IMG/VR virus record: IMGVR_UViG_3300017971_006749
Reading direction: 5' to 3' (one strand)
Origin: an uncultured virus (IMG/VR IMGVR_UViG_3300017971_006749)
Lineage: Duplodnaviria; Heunggongvirae; Uroviricota; Caudoviricetes
DNA length: 64,000 bases
Shown: in pieces, positions 1-8,576 of the stretch
Position numbering within the stretch: the stretch's first letter is position 1
Layout of the letters: each line of letters opens with the position of its first letter
The notes under the pieces: generated by a model
The model's input: the letters and a program-made list of their open reading frames with translations, nothing else
The model's database searches: none
What the model was told of the DNA's origin: nothing
Position numbers and translations under genes: made by a program

Positions 1-665
1 GAACTGCTAGACGATGAACTTGGAGACTGGCTGCTTGATGACGATGAACTACTGGAACTTGATGATGACGAACTGCTAGACGATGAACTTGGAGACTGGC
101 TGCTTGATGATGATGAAGAACTAGAGCTTGATGATGACGAGCTACTCGATGATGAACTTGGAGATTGACTACTAGACGATGACGAGCTACTAGAACTTGA
201 TGATGACGAGCTACTCGATGATGAACTTGGAGATTGACTGCTCGATGATGAACTACTGCTGGAACTTGATGGTGATCGAGAACTAGAACTAGACGAACTA
301 CTGCTACTAGAACTTGATGGAGACTGACTAGATGACGAACTGCTCGATGAAGAAGAACTTGAACTGCTACTGGATGAGGAACTGCTAGAGCTAGATGGAG
401 ATTGTGAGCTAGATGACGAGCTACTGGAAGATGAAGAAGAACTTGACGAACTCGAACTACTACTACTCGATGAACTGCTAGAGTTAGATGGAGACTGAGA
501 ACTAGAACATGATGACGAACTGCTGCTTGAGCTTGATGGACTTTGTGAACTTGAACTGGAACTAGAACTTGACGAACTTGGAGATTGGCTGCTGGATGAT
601 GATGAACTCGAAGAACTAGAACTGCTGCTTGAGCTACTACTGCTAGATGATGAACTTGATGATGA
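1..665 (-). repeat. Low-complexity Ser-codon repeat, (Ser)n punctuated by Gln-Ser-Pro
   Basis: Plus strand gatga/gaact/gctgct/ggagactg units read as TCA/AGT/AGC/TCT Ser codons with periodic CAG TCT CCA. Confidence 0.9.
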
Positions 666-1403
666 TCCCGCCGCCACAAAGCCGTATACCCGACGCTTTA
701 ACGTTAATGGACTTGCGCCGCCATACATAGCCTGTATTTCGTTAAGCGATATAGCTCTATTATACATAAACACACTCGACAACCAACCACTAAAATTATA
801 ATAATGGGTATCATTATAAAGTAAATATCCTATCTGAAGGTTTTTAGATGCAGACCGTATCGCATTGCCACTATCACCAGTCTTTACCAAACTGCCGTTC
901 ACATACAATCTCGCAGTGCCATCATAAGTTCCAACAACATGATATTGCTTGTAGGTTTCTAAAGTGAGTACAGACTCCAAAGCGGCGCGATTGGCTGTCC
1001 CATCATTTATGATCATTCTGAAATGGTCAGTAGAGAGTTTTTGCAAACCATACGTTTCATTACCACTACCGTTCCAGCGTATTACTAACTCTTGCTCGCC
1101 ACTTAGAGTGTAAAACATAACGGAACAAACCAGCGAAATATATTCAACATTCAGCAACGGACTGTACGCAACATTTATTTCGTCCGGGGAATCAAGACGC
1201 AGAGACCCAGCCTCCCATGAATGATTGGTCATTGCTCCGTTAAGTTTATTCCCCGACCAATCATACAAGGTGCTGCCAGTAGCCCCCAACGCGGGCGACC
1301 AGCAGCCCGCCAGCCCGCGCCATAGTTCTGGATACTCCGACTCTGCGGCACATCTAGCGAAGCCTTGACCGTAAGTGGGCTTTGGGAGAATAATACTCGG
1401 CAT
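1..1403 (-). CDS. LamG/concanavalin A-like domain protein with a >200-residue poly-Ser tract (runs off the left edge; probable virion/adhesin protein)
   Basis: Not in the ORF track. ATG at 1403 overlaps the upstream stop (TAATG). Translation MPSIILPKPTYGQGFAR...YHVVGTYDGTARLYVNG...FSGWLSSVFMYNRAISLNEI has LamG motifs, then (S)n-QSP repeats from ~665 to the edge. Confidence 0.8.
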   Translation of the reverse strand, partial: MPSIILPKPTYGQGFARCAAESEYPELWRGLAGCWSPALGATGSTLYDWSGNKLNGAMTNHSWEAGSLRLDSPDEINVAYSPLLNVEYISLVCSVMFYTLSGEQELVIRWNGSGNETYGLQKLSTDHFRMIINDGTANRAALESVLTLETYKQYHVVGTYDGTARLYVNGSLVKTGDSGNAIRSASKNLQIGYLLYNDTHYYNFSGWLSSVFMYNRAISLNEIQAMYGGASPLTLKRRVYGFVAAGSSSSSSSSSSSSSSSSSSSSSSSSSSQSPSSSSSSSSSSSQSPSSSSSSSSSCSSSQSPSNSSSSSSSSSSSSSSSSSSSSSSSSSSQSPSSSSSSSSSSSSSSSSSSSSSSSQSPSSSSSSSSSSSSSRSPSSSSSSSSSSSQSPSSSSSSSSSSSSSSSSSSSSQSPSSSSSSSSSSSSSSSSSSSSQSPSSSSSSSSSSSSSSSSSSSSQSPSSSSSS

Positions 1404-1942
1404 TATTGCACCTCGTCAACCAATGGCATCATAGTTATTGACATCTCAACAGCGTCGGCAACGAAAGCAGGTGTGGCGCTGTTTACTACAACAGGAGAGA
1501 CATATCGTAGAGGCGGTGAATATACCCACGTCTGCTGCAAGACGACTGTAGTCCCGTCATTCGTACACGTCAGAGTGCCTATATAGTCTAGTTGCAACAA
1601 ACTCTCGGCTAAAGTACTTCCTGCTGTTCCTGTATAGGCGGCGTCTGCCCCCGTAAGTCCGCCAGGGTTGGCTGTGGCTGCTGTAGCAGACAATGACGGC
1701 CCCATATATATCTCCACCGTATCGAGGTCTGTGGGAGCAGAAGCAAACTCTATGCGTGCTGTCACCGCATAACGAGGCGCTCTAGTAGCTCCCAGGTCGG
1801 CCTTTGCCCCCTGTCTCGCCGCTGCCGCCGCTAATCCCGTTAAGTCAATCTGGTGCGTTCTCGTCCCACCATCGCCATTATAGTCGGTAGTATCTGCCCA
1901 CACTGTGGGAGTGAGTTCTTTTAATAGAATTTCATTCGCCAT
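1403..1942 (-). CDS. Hypothetical, probable virion structural protein
   Basis: 179 aa, Ala/Thr/Gly-rich, AAGGGG RBS, translationally coupled to the LamG gene. Confidence 0.5.
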   Translation of the reverse strand: MANEILLKELTPTVWADTTDYNGDGGTRTHQIDLTGLAAAAARQGAKADLGATRAPRYAVTARIEFASAPTDLDTVEIYMGPSLSATAATANPGGLTGADAAYTGTAGSTLAESLLQLDYIGTLTCTNDGTTVVLQQTWVYSPPLRYVSPVVVNSATPAFVADAVEMSITMMPLVDEVQ

Positions 1943-1954
1943 CTATATCACCCC

Positions 1955-2428
1955 TTATGGCAATTGCCTTGCTTCGGCTACGTCAGCGGCAGTGACGTTT
2001 ATGTTAGCCCCAAACAATATCTCAGCACGTGTCGCTGATCTTGTCCCTAATGCTATCAAAGCCGCCCGCGTTACCGGTGCATCTCCTACCGTAAAGACTC
2101 CCAGTATTTGGTTGACAACATCGGTATTGGTAATATCTATGGAAGTATCGCCGTTACTGAATATAAGCATAATAAGGTCGCGCTTTCCCTGCGATAATGC
2201 TTCCCATTCAGCTATACCCGCAAAAGTTGCCCCGTCTTTCTGTGAACCTATGACATCTCGCACAGCATGTATGGGGACGCTGGCATTCGGGATGGTTTCT
2301 CCAGACAGGCCGACGGTATTTAACAATGCCGCTGCTTCTGGATGACTCGTCCCTGCGTATCCTAAAGTCATAGGATCGGTATCCAGTTCGGTTTTCAGGA
2401 CTGCCAATTGGTCATTATCTAAAGCCAT
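1955..2428 (-). CDS. Hypothetical phage protein
   Basis: 157 aa, AAGGAG RBS, in operon. Confidence 0.55.
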   Translation of the reverse strand: MALDNDQLAVLKTELDTDPMTLGYAGTSHPEAAALLNTVGLSGETIPNASVPIHAVRDVIGSQKDGATFAGIAEWEALSQGKRDLIMLIFSNGDTSIDITNTDVVNQILGVFTVGDAPVTRAALIALGTRSATRAEILFGANINVTAADVAEARQLP

Positions 2429-2440
2429 CTTCTTTCTCCT

Positions 2441-3385
2441 TTATGCTACACTCCTTATAAGAGCTATACTGTTATTGTATCTATCACACAAAACCATTAT
2501 ATCATCTATTCGTGCTAAACTATCAATCCATTCTGAAGGTATACTTCCTAAGCCATAATAGACACCGGCTAATCCTCCAATAACTGCTCCTGTAGTATCT
2601 GTATCACCCCCAAGATTTATAGCAGCCAATACTGATTCTTTATATGTATCATATTTCAGAAATGTCCATAATGCTGCTTCCAAAGTATGTATGACATAAC
2701 CGTCAGACTGAATTTCGTCTATGTCTATATTAGATATATTACCATCCAGAATTCTATTAAAATGTGGTAATTCATCATACAGCTGATTATCGATATAAAA
2801 TCTATAGCCTAATTCCACCATAGAATGATATGCCGCTAATCTATCCTTACCTGATAGCAATTCGGAAAGCATAATGATATATAACCCACAGGCTATCTTT
2901 GATCGTGGATGAGCATGAGTAATGCTGGATATATCATGTACCATAAACAGTTTATCGGCTAAATATTCATTTGGATAATATACTGCTGGTAAAATACACA
3001 TTAACGAACCATTACCATTGCTTGCAACATCTCTACCTCCCGAATCCGCTGGACTAACACCATTGTTAAGACTGGCTATAGCCGTTCTGGTAGTATTGCC
3101 TATATCGAATACTCTGCCGTATGATGTCCATAGAGCTTCATTATACCATTTGGTATAGGCTTCAGCTATTAAATTAAGATCATATCCTACACAAAGCTGC
3201 TCAGTTAAACATAAAGCTAAAGAGCTATCGTCTGACCACGTTCCTGCTGGCTGATTATGTGTGCCATAAGCCATCATATCAGATACTGGCTTCCTGTTCC
3301 TTGTAGCCCTATCTTGGAACTCTACAGGCACTCCTAAAGCATCGCCTACTATTAAACCTATTATACCATCTTTACAATTCACCAA
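2441..3385 (-). CDS. ADP-ribosylglycohydrolase (ARH/DraG family)
   Basis: Motifs GLIVGDALG, GTWSDDS, GNGSLM, THAHP, GGDTDT. Confidence 0.93.
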   Translation of the reverse strand: MVNCKDGIIGLIVGDALGVPVEFQDRATRNRKPVSDMMAYGTHNQPAGTWSDDSSLALCLTEQLCVGYDLNLIAEAYTKWYNEALWTSYGRVFDIGNTTRTAIASLNNGVSPADSGGRDVASNGNGSLMCILPAVYYPNEYLADKLFMVHDISSITHAHPRSKIACGLYIIMLSELLSGKDRLAAYHSMVELGYRFYIDNQLYDELPHFNRILDGNISNIDIDEIQSDGYVIHTLEAALWTFLKYDTYKESVLAAINLGGDTDTTGAVIGGLAGVYYGLGSIPSEWIDSLARIDDIMVLCDRYNNSIALIRSVA

Positions 3386-3708
3386 GTATACATCCTTCCC
3401 GGTACTGCTCTGAAAAATTCAATCATCTCTTCTCTGGTACGAAATTCCGGTTCTCCATCAATCTTACTCTTGACGTTTTTATTATATTCATTTAATGTTA
3501 ATGGAATGAATTTATAAACCCTGCCATCTTCACCTTTAGCTATTATAGCCTCACCTTCTTGACTTATCTTTGCTCGGTCTATCATACGTTGATGGTTCAT
3601 ATCAAACCACGATATATTTCCGGTTACTTCTTCAACATTGATACCGATTAAAGCAGTTCTGTCCTGCCGTGATGTTATTCTGTACATATCTTCTATATCA
3701 AATATCAT
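3379..3708 (-). CDS. Hypothetical 109 aa protein, candidate immunity protein of the MuF toxin
   Basis: Overlaps the MuF stop and the ARH start; position typical of polymorphic-toxin immunity genes. Confidence 0.5.
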   Translation of the reverse strand: MIFDIEDMYRITSRQDRTALIGINVEEVTGNISWFDMNHQRMIDRAKISQEGEAIIAKGEDGRVYKFIPLTLNEYNKNVKSKIDGEPEFRTREEMIEFFRAVPGRMYTW

Positions 3709-6700
3709 TCCATTAAATCTCCCATTTCCCTTGCTACTCGTACAAAATCCTCAACTCTTTTCCCATTTATCTCTTCCATACCAGCAGCCCTTAAAGCATC
3801 AATCGCTCTATCAGCCTCCTGTCGTGTCCTAACAATTACATTATCTATAGCATCAGGGCCTATAGCCTTTCTAAACATTACTTCATTACCAGACCTCAAA
3901 AAATCATTCAACTCTGTCGTCAATTCAAGTGGATTAGGAGCTTGACTTAGTGAATAAGGCCTTGTAGTACCATAATTATCAGATAAATATCCATAATGAT
4001 CAAGTCGTCCTAACTCTTTTGGGCTAATCTTAAAAGTATGTCCATAACTTATCCCAAACCTCCGGCCGTCATCACTCTTCGGTATGAGTCTGGTAAAGAC
4101 ACTATCTGCTCCGCCTGTGCCAAAATCTGAACTTGTAGACATACCATCTACCAAAAGGCCTCTATCATATCTTTCTTTTGATGACATAAGTCCATTTTTA
4201 ACCACATTTACCAAAGCATCATTATCTAACGTACTACTATGATGTATGAGGGATTCTGCACCATTATCACTAAAAGTTTTAATAACTGAATCAGGCATAC
4301 GATATGTGCCATAGCCATTGGTGATTTCATTATATGATGTTTTGTTTATTATGGCAGATGCTTGGTTAGGCTTGAATCCTGCATTTATCAAGGTTTCCTT
4401 TACTTCTTTTCGTAATTCTGGCAGTTTCATTGTCTGGAATTCTTGTCGCTGAGCCAAGGCTCTTGGCTTATCATATTGCCACATAAGTTTATTGTAAATC
4501 AATCGCTTCTCATCTGTTCCTGTTGGAATTTTCAAGAAATCTCTGTTTAATTTCAAGTCGCCAAAAGCCTTCCTAACAACACTTCGCATTTCATCTATAT
4601 CACCGGCATCCACCGTCAAACGTACACTACCTGTTAGAGCATGAATCCCCTGACCAGCAGCATCATCCACTACCTCGAAGAGATAATTATCACCCTTGAA
4701 TCTTGCTCCCTTAGCCATAGTCTTAGTAAAACTATCGGCATGTGGCCCAAGGATATGATTTCCATCTTTATCTATCACAGGAAATCGCTTTTTATATTCC
4801 CAAGGTGCTTTATTACCTCTAGCAATTACCTTTTTAGTAATATCATCACCAGTTTCCTTGAACTGTAACAAAAATTTTTGTTTACCTTCTTCAGATATTC
4901 GTAATATTTCAACATCATGATTTTCTATTCGCCGTCTATCCATTCGTAGATGTTGTGCAGGACCATCCTCAAATATTCCAATATCCACATTATCTAAAGC
5001 ATCTTCTGCTATAGGAGCAGGAGTTGATATAACAGGTTCAGGTAATACTCTTGGTGTTCTTAATATTATACCAGTATCAAAGCCTTTATCCGGCTGTAAC
5101 GTAGTAGGATTAGATACAGTATATGTCATATTAGATGTAACTGGAATGAGCAAACACCTGCAATTATGCGATACTATCTGATTAGCAATATAACTTTCAT
5201 CATCTTGGACACTAAGGTTATAGACGTAGCCTTCGTAATGTTCTTGTTTGATACCCGGATTAGTACAGATACCTACTCCCGGTAATATAGATTGTACTTC
5301 ATTCTCATTAGCAATCTGAGATAATTGCTTTGCTCTTTCTTCAACGTCATAATAATGTACCTTTGGATGACAACTAACACATAAAGTAATAAGATTCTCC
5401 ATCCTAGAATTCATCTTATCATTATCAATATGATGAACAACTTTAATACCTCGATATGTGCCACATAACTGACAGATATTACCATCTCTTCGTCTTATTT
5501 CTTTTTTTAGTTTGTCTGTAAAACCATCATCATAAGGCTTCTTTTTTATACCACCTTTCCATGCTAGATTATTCTCTAGCTTATGACTATATACTCCAGC
5601 TTCAGCAGCACACCTAGTCGAACAATGTTCTTTATAATTTCCGGCAGTAGCATATACCCATGTCCCGCATATAGGACACTCATGGCTTCGTTGCACTTCA
5701 GGCTTAACGATCATTTCTTTAGGGTGTGATAAATTTTGTTTAGCCCATATTCGTGCTATTTCTCGTCTTAATGGATTATTTGTCCATTGCATCTTACTCT
5801 TAATAATTTGCAATGTGATAACTCTATCATCTAATTTGAGTTTTTCTGCTTCTTTCCATCCATCATCAGTCAATATCCTATGATTAGGAGTACATTTAAC
5901 ATGCTCACCATTCTCTAATTTTAAACTAATTATCTCACCATTATACCATTTCTTATGTAAACCTATAACAGGTTTCCAATTCCCTAAATGAGTAAGAACC
6001 AAAGTTCCCTTCTTTATCTTCTCAATAGGAATTGGTCTGTTATTTCTTGGCCTTACTTTATTGGTTATCATCGTACCGGGCAAAAAACAATTAAATCCGT
6101 TCGGAGGTGTCCAAAGCCCCCATATAGGGTCATCTCTGGGATATATTCTACCATCCATAGCTGCATGAGTTTCTCGTGTTCTCTCATCCAGTATAGCACT
6201 ATACTCATAAGCTGGCACAAAGTCCATTACATCAGGGTCGTTCATCATATTCCATCTACCACGATTATATATGGTAGAGAAATTCGTCCTGAGTATAGTC
6301 TCTGTATGAAATGGTGTTAATGGCTGTCCTTTTCTAGCTTGTGTGCCAAAGACTGTGCCTGTATACTTGACATTGGCTTCTTTCAACCCACGTTGAAACT
6401 GCTGTAATGTCCATCCTTCATCTACTGCCTTGCTCACTAGCTGTCGTGTACTATTGAGCATATCTTTATCGACTATACCTGCCACAGTAAATGCTCTGGC
6501 TCTTTCCCTAGCTACCATCTTATTGAATTCGGCTTTACTTACTAATTGCCGTCTGCCAAACTCTGCCAATGCCTCTCTTGGCACTAAGTCTACAGGCTCT
6601 TGGAATATGCTAACCCCGCGCACTTTTATTCTATGCCCTAATGAATTCTCTATCTCTTTACGAGCATCATATTTACCCTTGAAGTATGTATAACCAAAGG

Positions 6701-7007
6701 CATTTAGTAGATGCGCCCGCAATTTAGCACTATTAACTGTGATTTTCTTTAAGTTGGTTAATCTGCCTGTCTTGAGTATCTTATGTCGTTTAACCTGATT
6801 GACTATGTTTTGTTCAATATCCTGTATATCTTTTACAACTGTCTTGGTAGCAGACTGAACTCTATTCTCTTGCTCTTCTGCTCTCTTCAGGAAATCTATC
6901 TTGGTAGCTTCCTCGAATTTACTTAATGGCCTTAATAATAACTTCTCAGGTATTATTGCTACTGACATAATATATACCTTTATATAACACTTGTTATTGT
7001 CAACCAA
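3705..7007 (-). CDS. Phage Mu F / SPP1 gp7-like head morphogenesis protein with an intein and a C-terminal ADP-ribosyltransferase-like domain (likely start 6968)
   Basis: MuF motifs AFTVAG, TILRTN, YSAILDERTRETHAAMDG, PPNGFN|CRC. C-terminus has LIHH..L..VVKNGLMS, SVFTR and NEVMFRKAIGPDAIDNVIV. Confidence 0.85.
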   Translation of the reverse strand: MVDNNKCYIKVYIMSVAIIPEKLLLRPLSKFEEATKIDFLKRAEEQENRVQSATKTVVKDIQDIEQNIVNQVKRHKILKTGRLTNLKKITVNSAKLRAHLLNAFGYTYFKGKYDARKEIENSLGHRIKVRGVSIFQEPVDLVPREALAEFGRRQLVSKAEFNKMVARERARAFTVAGIVDKDMLNSTRQLVSKAVDEGWTLQQFQRGLKEANVKYTGTVFGTQARKGQPLTPFHTETILRTNFSTIYNRGRWNMMNDPDVMDFVPAYEYSAILDERTRETHAAMDGRIYPRDDPIWGLWTPPNGFNCFLPGTMITNKVRPRNNRPIPIEKIKKGTLVLTHLGNWKPVIGLHKKWYNGEIISLKLENGEHVKCTPNHRILTDDGWKEAEKLKLDDRVITLQIIKSKMQWTNNPLRREIARIWAKQNLSHPKEMIVKPEVQRSHECPICGTWVYATAGNYKEHCSTRCAAEAGVYSHKLENNLAWKGGIKKKPYDDGFTDKLKKEIRRRDGNICQLCGTYRGIKVVHHIDNDKMNSRMENLITLCVSCHPKVHYYDVEERAKQLSQIANENEVQSILPGVGICTNPGIKQEHYEGYVYNLSVQDDESYIANQIVSHNCRCLLIPVTSNMTYTVSNPTTLQPDKGFDTGIILRTPRVLPEPVISTPAPIAEDALDNVDIGIFEDGPAQHLRMDRRRIENHDVEILRISEEGKQKFLLQFKETGDDITKKVIARGNKAPWEYKKRFPVIDKDGNHILGPHADSFTKTMAKGARFKGDNYLFEVVDDAAGQGIHALTGSVRLTVDAGDIDEMRSVVRKAFGDLKLNRDFLKIPTGTDEKRLIYNKLMWQYDKPRALAQRQEFQTMKLPELRKEVKETLINAGFKPNQASAIINKTSYNEITNGYGTYRMPDSVIKTFSDNGAESLIHHSSTLDNDALVNVVKNGLMSSKERYDRGLLVDGMSTSSDFGTGGADSVFTRLIPKSDDGRRFGISYGHTFKISPKELGRLDHYGYLSDNYGTTRPYSLSQAPNPLELTTELNDFLRSGNEVMFRKAIGPDAIDNVIVRTRQEADRAIDALRAAGMEEINGKRVEDFVRVAREMGDLME
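5163..6089 (-). mobile_element. Intein (~309 aa) with HNH endonuclease inserted in the MuF PPNGFN/CRC motif
   Basis: Begins CFLPGT, block B CTPNHRIL, ends VYNLSVQDDESYIANQIVSHN followed by Cys. Internal CQLCG...VHHIDNDKMNSRMENLITLCVSCH. Confidence 0.9.
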
Positions 7008-7145
7008 ACTTTAGTAAAGAAAATACGTCTTTTTATTCACAACTGTTAATAGGACTTAAAATTCCCTGTATGCTATTTCATCATCTGAATGATATATATA
7101 TAACCTACCCGACTAGAATCTCGTTAGAGACGAACTACGACCGTT

Positions 7146-8564
7146 TTAAGTGGTCTTCTGTAAGGCATCATTAAGCAGTTCACATCTAGCCGCTGTTTCA
7201 AGCATCTCTACTTCTATATCATTACTACCATCAGGGCTATAGAATTTATATGGTTCATCGAAAGTTATAGCATCTTGAGCCATCTCCGAAGCTACTGTCT
7301 TCGTGAATGGCATTATATTGAGATAATCGCCTATCCATTTTCGTATATCAGGATCGTTAGGGTCAATGAATCCAGCAGTAGATAAGGTAGCAGCTATCTT
7401 TGCTTTTACCTCGTTGCTCTCTTCAGTCAATGGATAGAATTGGAATTCAGGAAATGTATTAACAGGAAAATTCCATCGAATGAGTGGTGTGGTAAGCTGT
7501 TCATGCATGATCTCTTCTAACATCCTGCCTAAATGCCATAATATACCTATAAAGAGGTCAAATTGTTTCTTACCTAAAGCATAACTGCCTGTAGAGCCTT
7601 TATCCGTGAAGCCTAATAGTTCAGGCACTAACAATGCTCTGGCTATCATCGTATCACGTTTATCAATAGCTTTTGTGTATATATCAGAGCCAGTCCTGTC
7701 CATAGTGACTGTATCTATCTCCACACCTTCTGGCTTGATAGCTTCTGTATGTATCTGTAAATCTTCTAATATTTCTAATAGTTTAGCTTTCGTATCTTCA
7801 TCAGTACCGGCAGGATATGTACCAATAAGGAATGGACTTGGATAACGTTCCAGCCATATAGCCTGAAATCTCATTATAACATCTTTCTGCCACCATGGGA
7901 TATAAGCCGCTTTCAAGTCCGATATACCATAAGGATTTTCCCACTCAGGCATCCATGACGATATTAGAAATTTATCGACTGGTAGTATAACATCTTCTCC
8001 ACCCTGTTTTTGTGTTAGAGACTCTATATTATTGAATTTATCCATATTAAAGGTGAAATCATGTGGTTTCTTGCTCTTAATACTCGCTAAGCCTATCTTA
8101 CCAGCAAATTCACCTTCGGTAATAGGATAATAGTTTTCTTCCAGTATGGAATAGCCATAATCTAAACACGTCATCATACCCAATAGAAACTTAATGACTG
8201 TACCCGGTATCTGTGTCAACTGCTGGTCGTAATATTTAGCGATTAATACGTCTTGTTGAGAATCGCTGGCTGGCTTGATAAACCATTGAGTAGATAGTCT
8301 GGTAAACTTCTTTACAAATAATGTCGCCTTAACTGTGGAGTCCTGTTTCATGGTATCAAATATACTTAAGCCTTTTTTCTCCACTAAGGTATCGGGATTA
8401 TGCTGTAAGCCTAAAGCATCCACGATCATAGTATTTCTACCAGTGGCTAACTCCTTACCTACCCAATCGGGATTTATCTTCCCATCGTCTTTAGGGTCAT
8501 CTACCTCGTCAAATACGGAGTTATGTCTAAGACTAAGGTCATACCTATCGTCTCGGTTATTCAT
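7146..8564 (-). CDS. Phage portal protein (Mu gp29/DUF935-like)
   Basis: 472 aa between terminase and MuF; CLDYGYSILE, NPYGISDL, WLERYPSP, GSYALG motifs. Confidence 0.85.
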   Translation of the reverse strand: MNNRDDRYDLSLRHNSVFDEVDDPKDDGKINPDWVGKELATGRNTMIVDALGLQHNPDTLVEKKGLSIFDTMKQDSTVKATLFVKKFTRLSTQWFIKPASDSQQDVLIAKYYDQQLTQIPGTVIKFLLGMMTCLDYGYSILEENYYPITEGEFAGKIGLASIKSKKPHDFTFNMDKFNNIESLTQKQGGEDVILPVDKFLISSWMPEWENPYGISDLKAAYIPWWQKDVIMRFQAIWLERYPSPFLIGTYPAGTDEDTKAKLLEILEDLQIHTEAIKPEGVEIDTVTMDRTGSDIYTKAIDKRDTMIARALLVPELLGFTDKGSTGSYALGKKQFDLFIGILWHLGRMLEEIMHEQLTTPLIRWNFPVNTFPEFQFYPLTEESNEVKAKIAATLSTAGFIDPNDPDIRKWIGDYLNIMPFTKTVASEMAQDAITFDEPYKFYSPDGSNDIEVEMLETAARCELLNDALQKTT

Positions 8565-8576
8565 CGCTTACTCTCC

